A stretch of DNA of 64,000 nt from Geosiphon pyriformis uo1 (Eukaryota; Fungi; Glomeromycota), in the NCBI GenBank assembly GCA_016748015.1, contig JAAOMT010000299.1:912791-976790 (forward strand), read 5' to 3'. The translations under genes and the position numbers were made by a program. Within the stretch, counting starts at the first letter, position 1. Every line of letters begins with the position of its first letter. The notes below the pieces were generated by a model. That model was not told the DNA's origin, did no database searches, and was given only the letters and a program-made list of their open reading frames with translations. This document shows, piece after piece, positions 25,201-38,370 of this stretch.

Positions 25201-26036
25201 GAGAGGTCGAAGGCAAGCAGGAGACAGTCGCGATAGGCAAACACAACTTCTGAGATCACTCAGCTTTAAGTCGCGGTCGTTTGAAGTTAACACCTGAGCC
25301 GTTGTCCCTGAGAAGTTCGTTGGTGGAGATCGAGAGAAGCCGCTTTTGTCATCAGAGATCCTCTTTTTGCTTGGCGCTAGAGACACGGGCGTAGAGGTGG
25401 CTTTTCTTGGTAGGTGGAGGTGGTGACAGCGTTTATCAGAAGTTATTTCGGGAAAAAGGTAGGAGAGCAAAGAGGTGCAGGTATTTATTGTCACGATTTT
25501 GAACCTGATATCAATATTTTATTGATAGGCATTACTCAACAAAAAATAACACCTGATAATGTCACAATTCTCATTTATCAAGCAATAAAGTATCAGAAAT
25601 CCCCAGAAGAAAATATTATAAAATTGCCCGTTAATGAACAGAATAGCAAGAAAAATGTGAATCTATGTCCTGAGTGTTTGAATGGAAAGCTAAAGTTCAT
25701 CGATATACAGAAAATTTTCTTGGCTATACCAATATTAACAGATAATAGCATATCAAATCCAAAACAAAAACCAAATTATAAAATACAATTATGTTTCCCT
25801 ACAAACAGGGGAGATTTCCACTTTGCATAAGCATAGCCGATTGTCCATGGATAACCAAGATATAAACCTCTCCAAGTCAATCATGTCCCATGTAAAGAAG
25901 GCAGTGAAAGATTGGCGATCGTAATGGTTTGAGAAACCGCAGTACCAATAGAGTACATCTAGTAAATAACTCTTTCCAAGGAAAATCTGGCATTTGCTCC
26001 ATGGCTTTAAAAATTAGGTCGATCATGAAGATCATT

Positions 26037-28094
26037 CTAAAGCGATGGAGATTCGGTAAGAGGCTTCATATGCGATTTTATTTTGGGTCTTCTAACCAGA
26101 TCAGAGGCGAAATTTGATGTAAACATCGGTGAATACTTCGAATTCTTGGGGTTTTTAACGACGGTATTTTTTACCGAGTATATAATCTTGGGTTTTGGGC
26201 CAACTTTAGGAGATGGGTTTTTTAGAGGCAAAGGTGTGGCTCTAGGGGGGGTTTTTGATCTCAAAGGGACTCCTTCAATATTCTTGTTAGCCATGTTAAC
26301 GTGATCCGACTGTGATGGAAGGATTGGTAGTTGATATAATCCTCGAACAACAGAGTTCCTTTTTAAATCACCCCATTTCTTAATTGGGGTGACAATTGTT
26401 GAAGGAGTTGGCCCATCATTAATAAGTTTTCCGAAAACTTTGTTCATTGGAAAAAACTGCGTGTATTCCAAATTATTCATTCTCATCGCACGTAAAGAGC
26501 CATGAGTTGGAGAATGTACTCCTGCATAAAAATGAACTTTGCCGTCTATTGTATTTCTTCCAGAGTCTTCAGAATTCAATAATGGAAGACGGGGTTTCAT
26601 AGCTTCCCACAATTTTTTCTCATCAATAAAGGGCAATATTCCGACACCTGACACGAGTTGCATTCTGTCGGGAAAAAATTCAGCGAGTGACGATTTTGGA
26701 TCGCTTATTAAATCACGTAATGGGTCTGGTAAAAAGTTTTCGCAGGAACGGGGAAGAACACATATCAATTGTTCAAATGGTCGCATTGGAAGATCAGCAG
26801 TGAAGTTTTGATCTACGGATTGAGATTTAACATGTTTCACCAGTTCTAAAATCGATGGTGGAAAATGATGGGGGTAAAAGAACCTCCAACTTGGGCAATC
26901 TCTAGTATAATATTGGAATGCCCAGCATAAAACTCGCACATAATCATTTGCTCTTTTGACAGCTTCCTCTTCTGAAATTTTCGAATGCTTTTGCGAAATT
27001 TGAGATAATTTTTCCCCCAATATCTCCGTTTTATCACCCAGATTAAATATATAAGTGATTAATCGACCAATGTTGATTTTACCCCCCTTTTGAGTAATGT
27101 AGCCACCCATTTGCTCAAAGCATCCACGATACGTTCTCATCATGACATTCACAGCTGTTCCCAATCCTTGAAGTTTGGGAAGAAAATCGTTACCGAGCAA
27201 CATTGATATGCATACAAAATCCTCAATAATGTTTTCTTGTTCTTCAAGGGTTAAAGAAACCTTTTCTTTGGGCTTCATATCATTGATAAGATGTTTACGA
27301 AGATGTTGGATATGTAGAATATCCAATTCTGTCCCCATACCTGGTCGCAAAATACGGATATTCTGCTCGTGAGTCATCAATGAGTACATGATAAAATCAG
27401 CGTCGCCACCGCAAACAATATGCCGTGATTCAATATTATAGGAACGTTGTATTCGTTGCGACTTTAAAAAATGAAATAATTTATGTTCCCCTTCACCCGG
27501 AACACTAGAATCACTGAATATAATTTGCATATGTCTGCGATATCCATTTAATCTTTGATATATATAGTATCTTATTGCCTCATTTGCTGCTTTCATGAAT
27601 GGTGTACCAGGCGTGATAGCAACCGATTCACCAGGCAAAAAAAATCCACCATTATCTTCATTGTCACCTCCGACCTCAATGGTGATTGCATCTTCGTTGG
27701 CAACGGCAAGCTTTTGTGAGGAGGAAGGAATGCCAATAGGAGGAACAATAGCAGGGTTTTTTGGCTTAATATTGACGGCAAGATAGCGACGAACACGTTG
27801 TTCGTTCATTTTAGCTCTAGGAGCCACACCGTCCATGGCAATATATACAAGAGCTTGGGGGTTGCATAAATCTATAGCCTCGTCCATTTTTTGAAAAACC
27901 TTGGCCAACATTCTCCCTGGGGTTAATTTACGTTTTGACCCCTTTTTTTTACTTTTGGCCAAATTAGCACTGTGAAAGAGAGCATTTATGTCAAGATATA
28001 AGAAATCTGTAACGTGTCTTGAATTTGGAACAACTCGCTCTACTACTTGTGGGTAATGTGAAGCAAGCCAACGAAAAAAACCAGGAATCCCCAT
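26037..28094 (-). CDS. XRN2: XRN-family 5'-3' exoribonuclease, compact and divergent, closest in motifs to Xrn2/Rat1 (685 aa, no apparent introns)
   Basis: MGIPGFFRWL, LYLDINALFH, AMDGVAPRAKMNEQRVRR, ITPGTPFM, SDSSVPGEGEHK, CGGDAD, LLGNDFLP, CPSWRFFYPHH, PFEQLICVLP, LPFIDE. Intact ORF with normal CpG. Orthology to XRN2 rather than a paralog is unproven. Confidence 0.93.
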   Translation of the reverse strand: MGIPGFFRWLASHYPQVVERVVPNSRHVTDFLYLDINALFHSANLAKSKKKGSKRKLTPGRMLAKVFQKMDEAIDLCNPQALVYIAMDGVAPRAKMNEQRVRRYLAVNIKPKNPAIVPPIGIPSSSQKLAVANEDAITIEVGGDNEDNGGFFLPGESVAITPGTPFMKAANEAIRYYIYQRLNGYRRHMQIIFSDSSVPGEGEHKLFHFLKSQRIQRSYNIESRHIVCGGDADFIMYSLMTHEQNIRILRPGMGTELDILHIQHLRKHLINDMKPKEKVSLTLEEQENIIEDFVCISMLLGNDFLPKLQGLGTAVNVMMRTYRGCFEQMGGYITQKGGKINIGRLITYIFNLGDKTEILGEKLSQISQKHSKISEEEAVKRANDYVRVLCWAFQYYTRDCPSWRFFYPHHFPPSILELVKHVKSQSVDQNFTADLPMRPFEQLICVLPRSCENFLPDPLRDLISDPKSSLAEFFPDRMQLVSGVGILPFIDEKKLWEAMKPRLPLLNSEDSGRNTIDGKVHFYAGVHSPTHGSLRAMRMNNLEYTQFFPMNKVFGKLINDGPTPSTIVTPIKKWGDLKRNSVVRGLYQLPILPSQSDHVNMANKNIEGVPLRSKTPPRATPLPLKNPSPKVGPKPKIIYSVKNTVVKNPKNSKYSPMFTSNFASDLVRRPKIKSHMKPLTESPSL

Positions 28095-28963
28095 CTGACT
28101 CTACTAGGCTTTTTGGTAAAATTCTTTTCCCTGCTGTAATTTTGATGATTCATTGGCCCAGCAGTCACAATTTGTAATGGTTTTTAAGGACCGCTGAATA
28201 TAATTGGGTATCAGTGGAGTAACAATTCTTGCAGAATTGGTTGATTGGAAGACAGAATCTAATATTTTGAGGGACACTTTCGAGGTGGAAGATACTAGCA
28301 TTTACTTTAGTGAAACTCTCGTATCAGTAGTTTAAAGGTTTACATTCACCCCCTATCCTTCCTTGTATGCTTGCTCTGTGATCCAGAATGGCATTAATTT
28401 TTTATATGAAGTTTACTGTGTTAAATGACACTATAAATTGAATGTTACTCAAGTCCTTCCTGTTCTTATGTCGACAAGGATAGCCCAGAAATTGTGCGTT
28501 TCGTGTTTTTTTTGTGCTGATATATTATAACACAAATACTAAAACTTATGTTATCTTCTCTTTTTAAAGTAATCAAACTTTTAGGTGTTTCGACTGGTAT
28601 GCTTTGATGCTGGAACCGAAAAAGGAAAATACATTCTTTTTAAAATACAAAGCAAAAATTATAACAAGGTGTGATCTATTTCATGCCATACATTAAACGT
28701 GGTTTACATGTGACCAGCCACCCAGACTTATGTCAAAATTATACTAAGCTAGGCTTTAATACTTAAATTTAATTTCTTATTTACCTTGGTTTTAATGGCT
28801 TGATTTATTATTTCAAACTTTTAAGAGTTTTATTATTTTTTTAAATGATAATAAAACAAGTTTTTTTATTGGATTTTTCAATAATATTTAGCAATAAAAC
28901 AATAAATTAATCAGCAGTTTATATATAAAAAATAAAATATTTTTTAATACAAACATTGTAATA

Positions 28964-31900
28964 TTTTTTTTATTTATTTTATTTAACGAATGAGGTCCAA
29001 ACACTGCCTAGTACAATATATCAAATAATTAATCTAAACTAGGTATGAATCATATGTTTTTTACATATAACCAGTTATTTAAGCTGATTAAAACAACACT
29101 AAGCACCTATATAAACCAAGACTAGATCTTCAATACCTGAAAAAAATAAACAAGATTTATATGATCTAAAACTAGCACCAAATGTCTTAGCAATACCAAG
29201 CAATTTGACCACATTAGCAAAAAACATTGAAAACAGCCCAAAAACTGAAACTAGAGCTAAATCATCACATGGTACTAGCCCATTTTTTTTTCATGAAAAC
29301 ATGATATCTAGCATAGACTAACTAAATTTTATCTCTAAAAGCAAGACAAAAATTATGCACAAAGTCTACAATCTTCCAACTCATAATCTTAGAATCTCCA
29401 AAAACAGACACAGCCTCTTGAAGCCAATCTTTAAAAACAAAATCTTTACAAAAAGTCATACATACTATAATATTTAAAACACAAAAGGACAACAATTGAG
29501 ATATACATAAAAAAAACTAAGAAACCAGAAATCATGCTCTAAGCAGCTGCATAGACATCCAACAATCAATGACAAGCAGAAACATCAACCATATAAGAAA
29601 AAACATGAACATCACCACAATACAAACACAATACATTGGAATAACACTTGTTATATAAGTATTTCCGAACAGTAACTGGTAGTTAATAATGCAAAGCTTT
29701 TATGAAATACATCCAAATTTTAACAGTAGACTTACTAGTAAAATCAGCAGCTATGTGTAAATTAGGATGCTATATTAAGGATGAACTAAACCAATTAACA
29801 TTTAATAGTAAACTATTATCTAAAACTCTAGAACCAGAACCAACTTTTTAATGTACATGATGAACAGACTAAAAGACTCCATAAATAAAATGTTTAGAAT
29901 TATTAGAAATAATACCACCTTTGACCAATATATAATACTTCTTCAATCAAGAGAAGAAAAAAATAAAAATAAAAATAAAAAAAAAATACCAAGAAGAAAA
30001 AAAAGCAGTATTAGCAAGAGCATTAACATGTATATTATCCAAAACATCTGAATAACTCTTGATTTTGTGCCAGCTAATATTTAAATTTTTTTTCTGAACA
30101 ATATTTGTAATATGTTAATACTTAATTTAACACCAATTCTGAAAATCTGAACACACTAAACCCAATTCTGATTTACATACATCCAAAGCAGTTTGACTGT
30201 CCATTATAATACAAACCGAGTTAAGAGAGAAAACACACTCAAGAACCAATGCAATAGTCTGCAACTTTACCAAAATAGAAGACATCAATCTGGAAACTCA
30301 AACTTCCAAACCCAAGTCCACATCCTTAAAAAAAACTGCTGTACTAGCTCTTATCTTAATACTCTCTAAGTTTTTTAGAGATTTATTTATATAGACAGAA
30401 AAGCAATTAGCTGTAACATTTAACAAATTATTATGAACAAACCCAAACTCACAAAACTCCAAAACATTTAAAGATTTAACCATATTCAAAGAAGAAAAGC
30501 AGACAAAAAATGAAGTTATACTGCTAAGAAAGTCAACAAAAAGCTTAAACTAGTTAAGAACAAGACCATGTAGATTTAATCTTTTCCAATGTCTGAAAAT
30601 TTTCTAATTAAAAATAGTACCATTTTGACTGTAAAACTATTTAACAAATGCTATATCATACCACCAAAATAATAAAAGAAATCTAAAAAACCCAAATTTG
30701 CCAAGAACAGCTGACATGAAAGTACCATCCTAAAAACAAAAAAAATTGCATATTGGATCACCCAAGGACAAATTGTACTTAAAAAAAACACAAATCACAC
30801 CTGCCAAAAAGTTATTAGACAGACTGACCCTAATGTAAGCTAAAAAACCCAAAGAATAAATTGGATATTAGCACAAAGCTTGCAAGTCATAAGATCTGTG
30901 TGAAAATAATTGATCCAAAAACCCATCAAAGTTTGTAAAGCACATAATAGAAGCCAACTTGCCTTCAGTTTAAACTTGTTCAAAAGTCTTAAGACTATAT
31001 AAAGAAAGATGGTAAAGTGTATTATTAGAGAAATCAAAAGACAGACCAGTCTTTAACTTTAGACTTTTGCAAATTAAAGCATCCCACTTATTACATACAC
31101 TAATAGGCACAAAACTAAACTGTGTTTGGTAGCTAACAATAGAATAAAGAACTGCTGACACCAAATAAGAAAACTGTTTATCTAAAATGGTCTTCCTCAA
31201 AACAAAGTTGGAAAAAAATTTAACATCTGAATACATTTTGGCCAAGCTAGACTTTAACAATCCTTTAGTAGACAAAAAAATATCCAGATAACAATGGAAT
31301 TTCTTTCTTTTGGCAATAGAAATAAATGAACCATTGATTGATAACAAAAAGCATCTGACTCTGCAATTAATGGGAATGGCCACTGTTTTATTATTATTTA
31401 TAGAAATGTCATTAATTTGAAAAAACTCACTAGCAACATTGAGAATGTGTTGAGTAATAGTCTAATTGCTACCAACCCAGATAGTATTATTGACAAAAGC
31501 ATCAGCAATGAGAAAAAATATCAATTCAGCCTGAGATTTCACATGATTAGTTTTAACAATAAAATAAAAATTCAACCTGTACTTATACACACTTTTCTGT
31601 TTTTTGACTTCACACAAAAGGAGATCATAAAATATGCACCAAAAAAAAAGTAAGAACACCTCCTCTTGATCCAGACTATTATGTATCTGATATCTATCTG
31701 TTAACCCAAAATTAATTATAACTCTGTTGACATAATTATTGTAAATATTATTAAAAAAACTAATATACTTGTTATACATCTTTATTCTGACTAAATTTTT
31801 TTTAAGATGCTTCTATTCCACAGAATTGTAGGCCTTTTGCATGTTCTGCAAGACCAGTCAGAGTTTATGGTTCTTTTTCAAAGCATCTTTAATGACTGAA

Positions 31901-34900
31901 CTAATGACAAAAATAGGAGATTGTGTTGTTATACTCTTTAAAACTGAGAAATTGTCCTTTTATAGAACATTAAAAGTGCTGTATACTGAAAAAATCCTGT
32001 CTAAGAGAATCTTAGAAAAGATTTTATGGGTGGTCTCAATCAAAACAATAGGTTGAGTATTTGTAAGAACACTTTTTTACTTATATGGCTTGAGAATTAT
32101 TAAGACCCAAGCTTTTTTCCAAGCACTAGACACTAATTTACAAGACAAACAAAAATTCAAAAACACCAAAAACATATCCAAGACTAATCTGTTGCAATGC
32201 TTTTAAAGCTTATTTAAGACTCCAGAAAGACCAGCAGCTTTGCCATCAAACAGATTAGAAATTACACTAAACAACTCATTAAAACTAACAGAACACATTA
32301 CATTCAAAAAAACATTATTGAAAACATACTCCAAAGGCTGATATTGATGAGACCAATTATCAGAAAAATCTGCCATCATCTTATACTTTCTAGTCCAGCC
32401 TTCCATAATCACATTTACTTTAGTCTTAACCAGCTTAGATTCCAAAATCATTTTATCTTCAATAATCAGATGATCCAAAACCACTTTCTGAAAGAGACAC
32501 TTCAGCACATTTCTAATTGTGTGACTCTTATTGAATGCAAAACTTTCCATTTGTTTATTAATAACTGACCTAATTCTTAATTTCTTAGCTCACAAAGATT
32601 TAGCAAACTTGAAGACATGATATGATTTTCTTATACTGAAAAGAACTAAACATACATAACCAAAATCTGTACTAGAATCCAATAGAGCTTAAACAGATAA
32701 AGTCTTATCTATGTTTAAAGATGCTCAGTAACTTATTAACAATACAAAAACACCATCAACACTCTTATGTAAACACTTGACAATTCTTGATACCAAAATT
32801 TCTAGTTTATAAAACTTAAAGAATTTCTTGGTAAAAACACTATCATAGTTCTTAAACCATTTCTTCTTGAAAACTTCATTCACTAAAAAACATATCATCT
32901 TATAAACAATATTTCACATAGCATCCAGATCTGAAAACCTCTTGAACACAACAAACTCATCAGAAAACATTGCTGTATTAGCAGTTATAGACTTTTTGAA
33001 CTTATACTACTCAGTCCCACCAGTATTTTTAATGTCAAATTTCCAACAATTCTTATTCATCTGTTTGCAAAGAAAGTTCAACTGTGTATTTAACAGACCA
33101 CTCAAATCCACAGATATAAAAACAGCTCAGTAATTAATGTCAAAATGCTCACTAATATCCAAAACATTACAGCTTACTACTGTATTGACTAAATATAAGA
33201 AAATAAATACATACTCTATTGTCTTTTTAGCACTCCTTGAATTTTTTCATGTAGAACTTTTCACAACTGAACTTTTTAACAGAAAATTTACCAACTCTAA
33301 ATCCAGACATTTTTTGAAACTAGCATACTTGTGCAAATTATTCTCATTGAAATCTTTATCCAAGATAACAAAAGAAGATTCATTTACTGCTCTTGCAATC
33401 AAGGAGTTAATTTCTTTAGCTTGAAACAAATACACAGTCAGCATGATACTAGCATAAAGCCCCAAAATCAAAACAAACAATTTATTTTTGAAAAGCAGCC
33501 TAATAAACAAAAGCTTACTAGCAACTTCCAAAATCTTGCACACATGTCTTGCCAAAGCAATATCTATAACAATCACAACACCAGAACCTAAGTACCCAGA
33601 ATTCAAATCTAAAGTAAATACATAAACACCATTAAACTTGTCTACAATTCATAGATAGACTTTTTTTTAGCTTTATTTCAATAACTATTAAAATTAAATT
33701 GTTCATATTTTTATGCCAGTGAATAACATCTGTTTGCTTAATAGGATTGTTTATACTCTTAACATTACATGTAGCCACCTTCCAAACCAGACTGGTTATT
33801 AAAAAAGAGATTTAAAAAGTACATCATTAGCCAAAACTAAATTATCAAAATACACTGACAGACTTAGTACTAAAGCAGTTTTTTCAGTATGTTTTCCAAT
33901 TTTATTATATTAGAAGAGACTGATGGGCCCAAAATTGTAGTAATTTTATCACTAGTGGTCTCACCTGAGCTTTTTCTTATCACTATATTATCCATTTGAT
34001 TCTGTAATAGGGGGTTATTAACAGCTGACATCCAGAATTAGACTGGAAAATTACTGGCACAAATGACTCCAATCTTTTAGCCAACTTATCAATTTGTCTC
34101 ATAAGACTGATAAAACTGCTCTTATTGTTAACTAAATGTAATTCCAACTCATTAGCAATAGGCAAAAGAGGTTTCATCTTTGAAAAAAAACCAAAATTAG
34201 CCAAACTATTTTACACAGGTAGAAGGGAGAAAGAAGATCTATTAACAATACTTGTCTATAAAGCACCACCAAAAATGACCAGTTGAGCAACAGGAGCCAA
34301 ACATTTGGCATAAATGACAGCCAGTCTGCTTTTATCTGTTTCTGAAAAGACTCGTTGTGATAAAATACCAGAAAGAAATTTCCTACCAACTGTACAGTCC
34401 AAAGACATATGATTCAAATTCTCACACTTGACACACTTAGCAAAAATCAGATGAAACCAATGCAGATTGGCACTTCTAAGCACTAGTGTGATTTTTATGA
34501 CAGCATCCAATAATTCAGCAGAGTTGAAACAAACAGTGGCACATCTGGTTCGAATGTATGAAACCTAATAACAATCAATAATACATGTTTTCTCACTAAC
34601 AGAACCAATGAAATCCCATAAGTTATGAGCATTAGTTTCTATTAGCAGAGTATAGAGCAGTATCTTATAATAATCTCTTGTGTTCTATGTTTTCTTGTCC
34701 AAGTCAGCTCTAACAACTTGCACAGTATTTTTCTCAATTAAGATAGATCATTTGGCTGTGACCAAATCAGCATAATCTGAATGCTTAAACTTAATCACAG
34801 TCTTCTGCCAGAGTCTTACCAACTGTATTTTGATTAATGTAATCATCCCAAACTCAGACAGCACAGCACATACAGCTTTAGCTGATATTCCAACTAAAAT

Positions 34901-34922
34901 TTTTTTTACTATTACAGCCCAA
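28964..34922 (-). mobile_element. Second LINE copy (related subfamily), older and more decayed, cut in ORF1 by a family B LTR
   Basis: Colinear with 16460-22405 (SGYLGSGVVI, ESF..NKSHTIR, AFVNNTIW); A-rich tail about 28964-28985; ORF2 stop at 29099. Confidence 0.93.
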
Positions 34923-37900
34923 TGTTATTAAAGGTTTTTGGTTTCTTTTCTTGAATGTTGCTAATATCTGTCTGTTGTTAATTTCACATTTTCTGGAAGC
35001 AGTTGAACCTCCAATAACTGAATTTATCTTTAAATTATCTCTTATAATTTGAACTGCTGAGCTTATAAGTGAAATGGCCAATTCCATGTCAGTTGCTTTG
35101 TGTAGTTACATTGTAGTAAATGTCAATTCTTTTTCAGGAATAGCTTGTCTAGAAACTCACTAAAAATGTGTAGTTACTTTGCTATGAAAATTAACTCTTC
35201 TACAAGAATTTTGTCTGTAAGCTATCCTAATAATTATAATAAGAAAAGAAAAGAAAAATAAAAAAATGTAAAAAAAATAAAATTGTGTCAAAAAAAACGT
35301 TTTTCTATCCAGGCCTGGAGTCACTAACAGATTACTGAAATTGGTAGCTAATTAATTTCAAAATGTTAGTTGTGTTGAGGGAATTTCAAGTGTAATAATC
35401 AAAGAATTTGGCTTTTGAATATTTAATTTTTATTTGAGATGTGTAAAAAGTGATTTGTTCTAATTAAAATATTTAAAGTAAGATACTATGGTAAGATACT
35501 ATAAGAAGATACATTTTCTTGAAGAAAGAAGTTCTTTTTTTATACAACTTGTTGTAGTATTAGTCTTTGAACTTGCACTTTTCTCTTTGCTTTAATTTTG
35601 GTAAACTAAAGATACATTTGGTGAACTACAAGTTATTTCTACAAACTATTAATTATTTTGGCCAATTTTTATTAATTTCGGCGAATTTTGACTATATTAA
35701 ATGGTTCAGGATATTGTGTAATTTAATCATCTTAATTTTTATGATACAAATTGGGTTATTAATTAAGTGATGATATTTGATTAAATAATAAGTGATAATC
35801 GAAATGATAATAGTATATGCTAATTAATAATAGGAATTATGAGGATAATTTTATGCTAATTAATAGCTAAAATTTTACTGATAACATAATCTCCTTCTCA
35901 AGACTGAGCTCTGTTAAAGTCTAAGTACTATCTATGATATCAAAATAGTGGTCCAAAATAATTAAAGTGATTTGGTTTGAAAATTGTTGAAATTTTAGTT
36001 CTGTAAGCTTTTCAATGTATTGAATCTTTATTGAATGAAGTATTGGGTTTTGTAAAACGTTTTTACAAGTGTTGAATAAATTATAGATCTAAATGCTGCT
36101 CTAAGTTTGTAGTGAGTGTTTGTTGATCCAGCTGCTGTCTTGAATTTATTGTGAATTTGTTTTTGTATAGCTTTAAGAGTAATGTTTGTTGCTTCAAGTT
36201 CCAGTTTCCATTCATAAAGTGTTTTTCCAATATGAAAATATCTATAAATAAGGGTACATTTATTGTTCTGTTTATTAAAAAATAATAGAAGTTTTTGTTG
36301 AATTGTGGCATTTGGTGAAATGTTAATAAGAGCAAATAAAAAATTTTCTTTTAATGTTTGTTTCAAAAGTTCTGGTAATTAACTTTCAAAGTTACTTCTT
36401 GTTTTTCTTCTATAAGGGTAATAATTTTGAGAATTATTTTCTACTGGTATTATAGTTTCTTTTTGAGTATAATTAATTTGACTTTTATTAATTATTATGG
36501 ATAGATCAGGAAGTGTTTTTAAGACTAACATTAATTTTTGGTATATTTGTTGAATATTTCGAGAAATAATCATGATAAAAATAACTAACTAATAAACAAA
36601 ATTTGAAAAAGAATAAAGAAAATTATTTTTGGGTATAAGATTTTATTTGTTTTTTTTTGGTTTTGAGTGTTTTTTATAATTATTTATTATTTTTGTTTTA
36701 TGTTTTGTGTATTTTAAAGAGGTTATTGTAAAATTTTAAATTAAGTGTTCAAGTTTGGTTGTTGTTTTATTATAACTATTGGTTCTAAATTTCGGGAAAT
36801 ATCTTTAGAATTAATTAAAGAAGAATGTGTACCAATTTGTGGAATTAATGATTCAGGATTGTTTCTGGAATAATAGTGTTTCAATTAATCTTCATGTGTA
36901 ACTTTTGCTAGTACTTTGTTATTAAGTCTTAACTTACATGATCTATTGCCTAAAATTTCATGAATATAAAATGGTCTATCTCATTTATGTTCAAATTTTT
37001 CACTCTATTGTTTTTCAGTCTTAGTTCTGTGTAAGAAAACTTTATTTCCAACTTTAAATTTGTTGGTAACTGGTGGCAATTTGTTATCATGCCTTTTTTT
37101 TTGTTGAGCTTGAAAGTGTTTAATATGAGTGGCTGTTATTTGTCTTTTTTTTTCCAGTGTACTAAAAAGAGTATATGCTCTTCTCTAAAGTGTTTCTTGA
37201 AAGTTTTCTTTATTGATTGGTTATACTGGGTATGTTTTTACTGTGAAATTAATTGGTAATCTTGCTGTTCTTTCATAAGTAAAGTCAAATGGTATGTGTT
37301 TTATAGTATCTTGTTTTAGTGTTCTGTAGACTAATAATATTGATAGAATAAATATATCTTATTTCTGCTCAAAATCTGTTAAGACTTTAGTTAAAGATTC
37401 ACACAATGTTCTATTGAAACATTCTACAAGTCTATTTGTTTAGAAGTGATAAGATGATTATAGAGGTCTTTTGACATTGAATTGTACACAAATTTTTTGT
37501 ATTAAGTTGTTCACAAAATGTGTTCTTTGATTAGATAAAAGTTCAATTAAGCATTTATATCTACAAATAATGTCTTCATAGATGAAATTTGCTACTGATT
37601 TTGCATTTGCTCTTTGAATAGCTCTAACTTTAGGCCATTTGGTAAAATAATCTACTGCAACTGCAATATAACAATTTCTTTGGGTTGTAATAAATAATGG
37701 TCCAACTAAATTAATTCCAACTTTGTCAAAAAGTTGTTTAACTTTGATTGGATTTAAAGGTTTTGTGGGATGAGTTTTTTCTCTTCTTTAACAACTATCA
37801 CAAGATTTTATATATTGTTGAATGTTTTTTTGCATGTGAGGCCAAAAATAATATTTAAAGATTCTTTGAATTATTTCATCTCTTCCCAAATATGCTGAAA

Positions 37901-38370
37901 AAAAATCTGTATACATGTTGTATAGAATTGTTTTTTTTTCATTTTTTTGTACTAATTTGAGTGGTTGGTTTGAATTTCTGTGATTTTTATAATAAATTTT
38001 GTTATAATGTATGAAATATTGTTTTGATTGGTGTTGTAATCGATTTTTTTTATTTGGAAACCAATTTTCTGGCATAATAAGAGTTTTCAAATAGTTTTTG
38101 ATATTGTTGTAATTTCTGGAATCTATTGTTGTTTGGTTATTTTTGTTGCTAGGTTGATAAATTGTAGTGAAATTGCTGTTGATATTAATCTTGTTTTATT
38201 CTTGAAAGACTATCAACATTGGTATGTAGTTTTCTTGATTTGTAATGTACAATATACTTGTAGTCTGCTAAAAAATTATTCCATTGAGACTGTTTAGCAT
38301 TTTGTTCAGTTTTTTTTTTATTAAGTTATTTGAGACCAATATTGTCAATTATGATATCAAATTCATTTGG
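34923..38370 (-). mobile_element. Gypsy family B (subfamily B2) 3' fragment: RNase H end, integrase, ORF3, PPT, 3' LTR 34923-35886
   Basis: Reverse complement is colinear with 58750-62069 and 49730-53123; integrase CDSC; PPT GAGAAGGAG before TGTTAT. Confidence 0.92.
35867..36573 (-). pseudogene. ORF3 of B2 (unknown function), disrupted
   Basis: ORF pieces 36379-36573 and 36028-36366 are homologous to 51468-52186 and 60412-61119. Confidence 0.75.
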
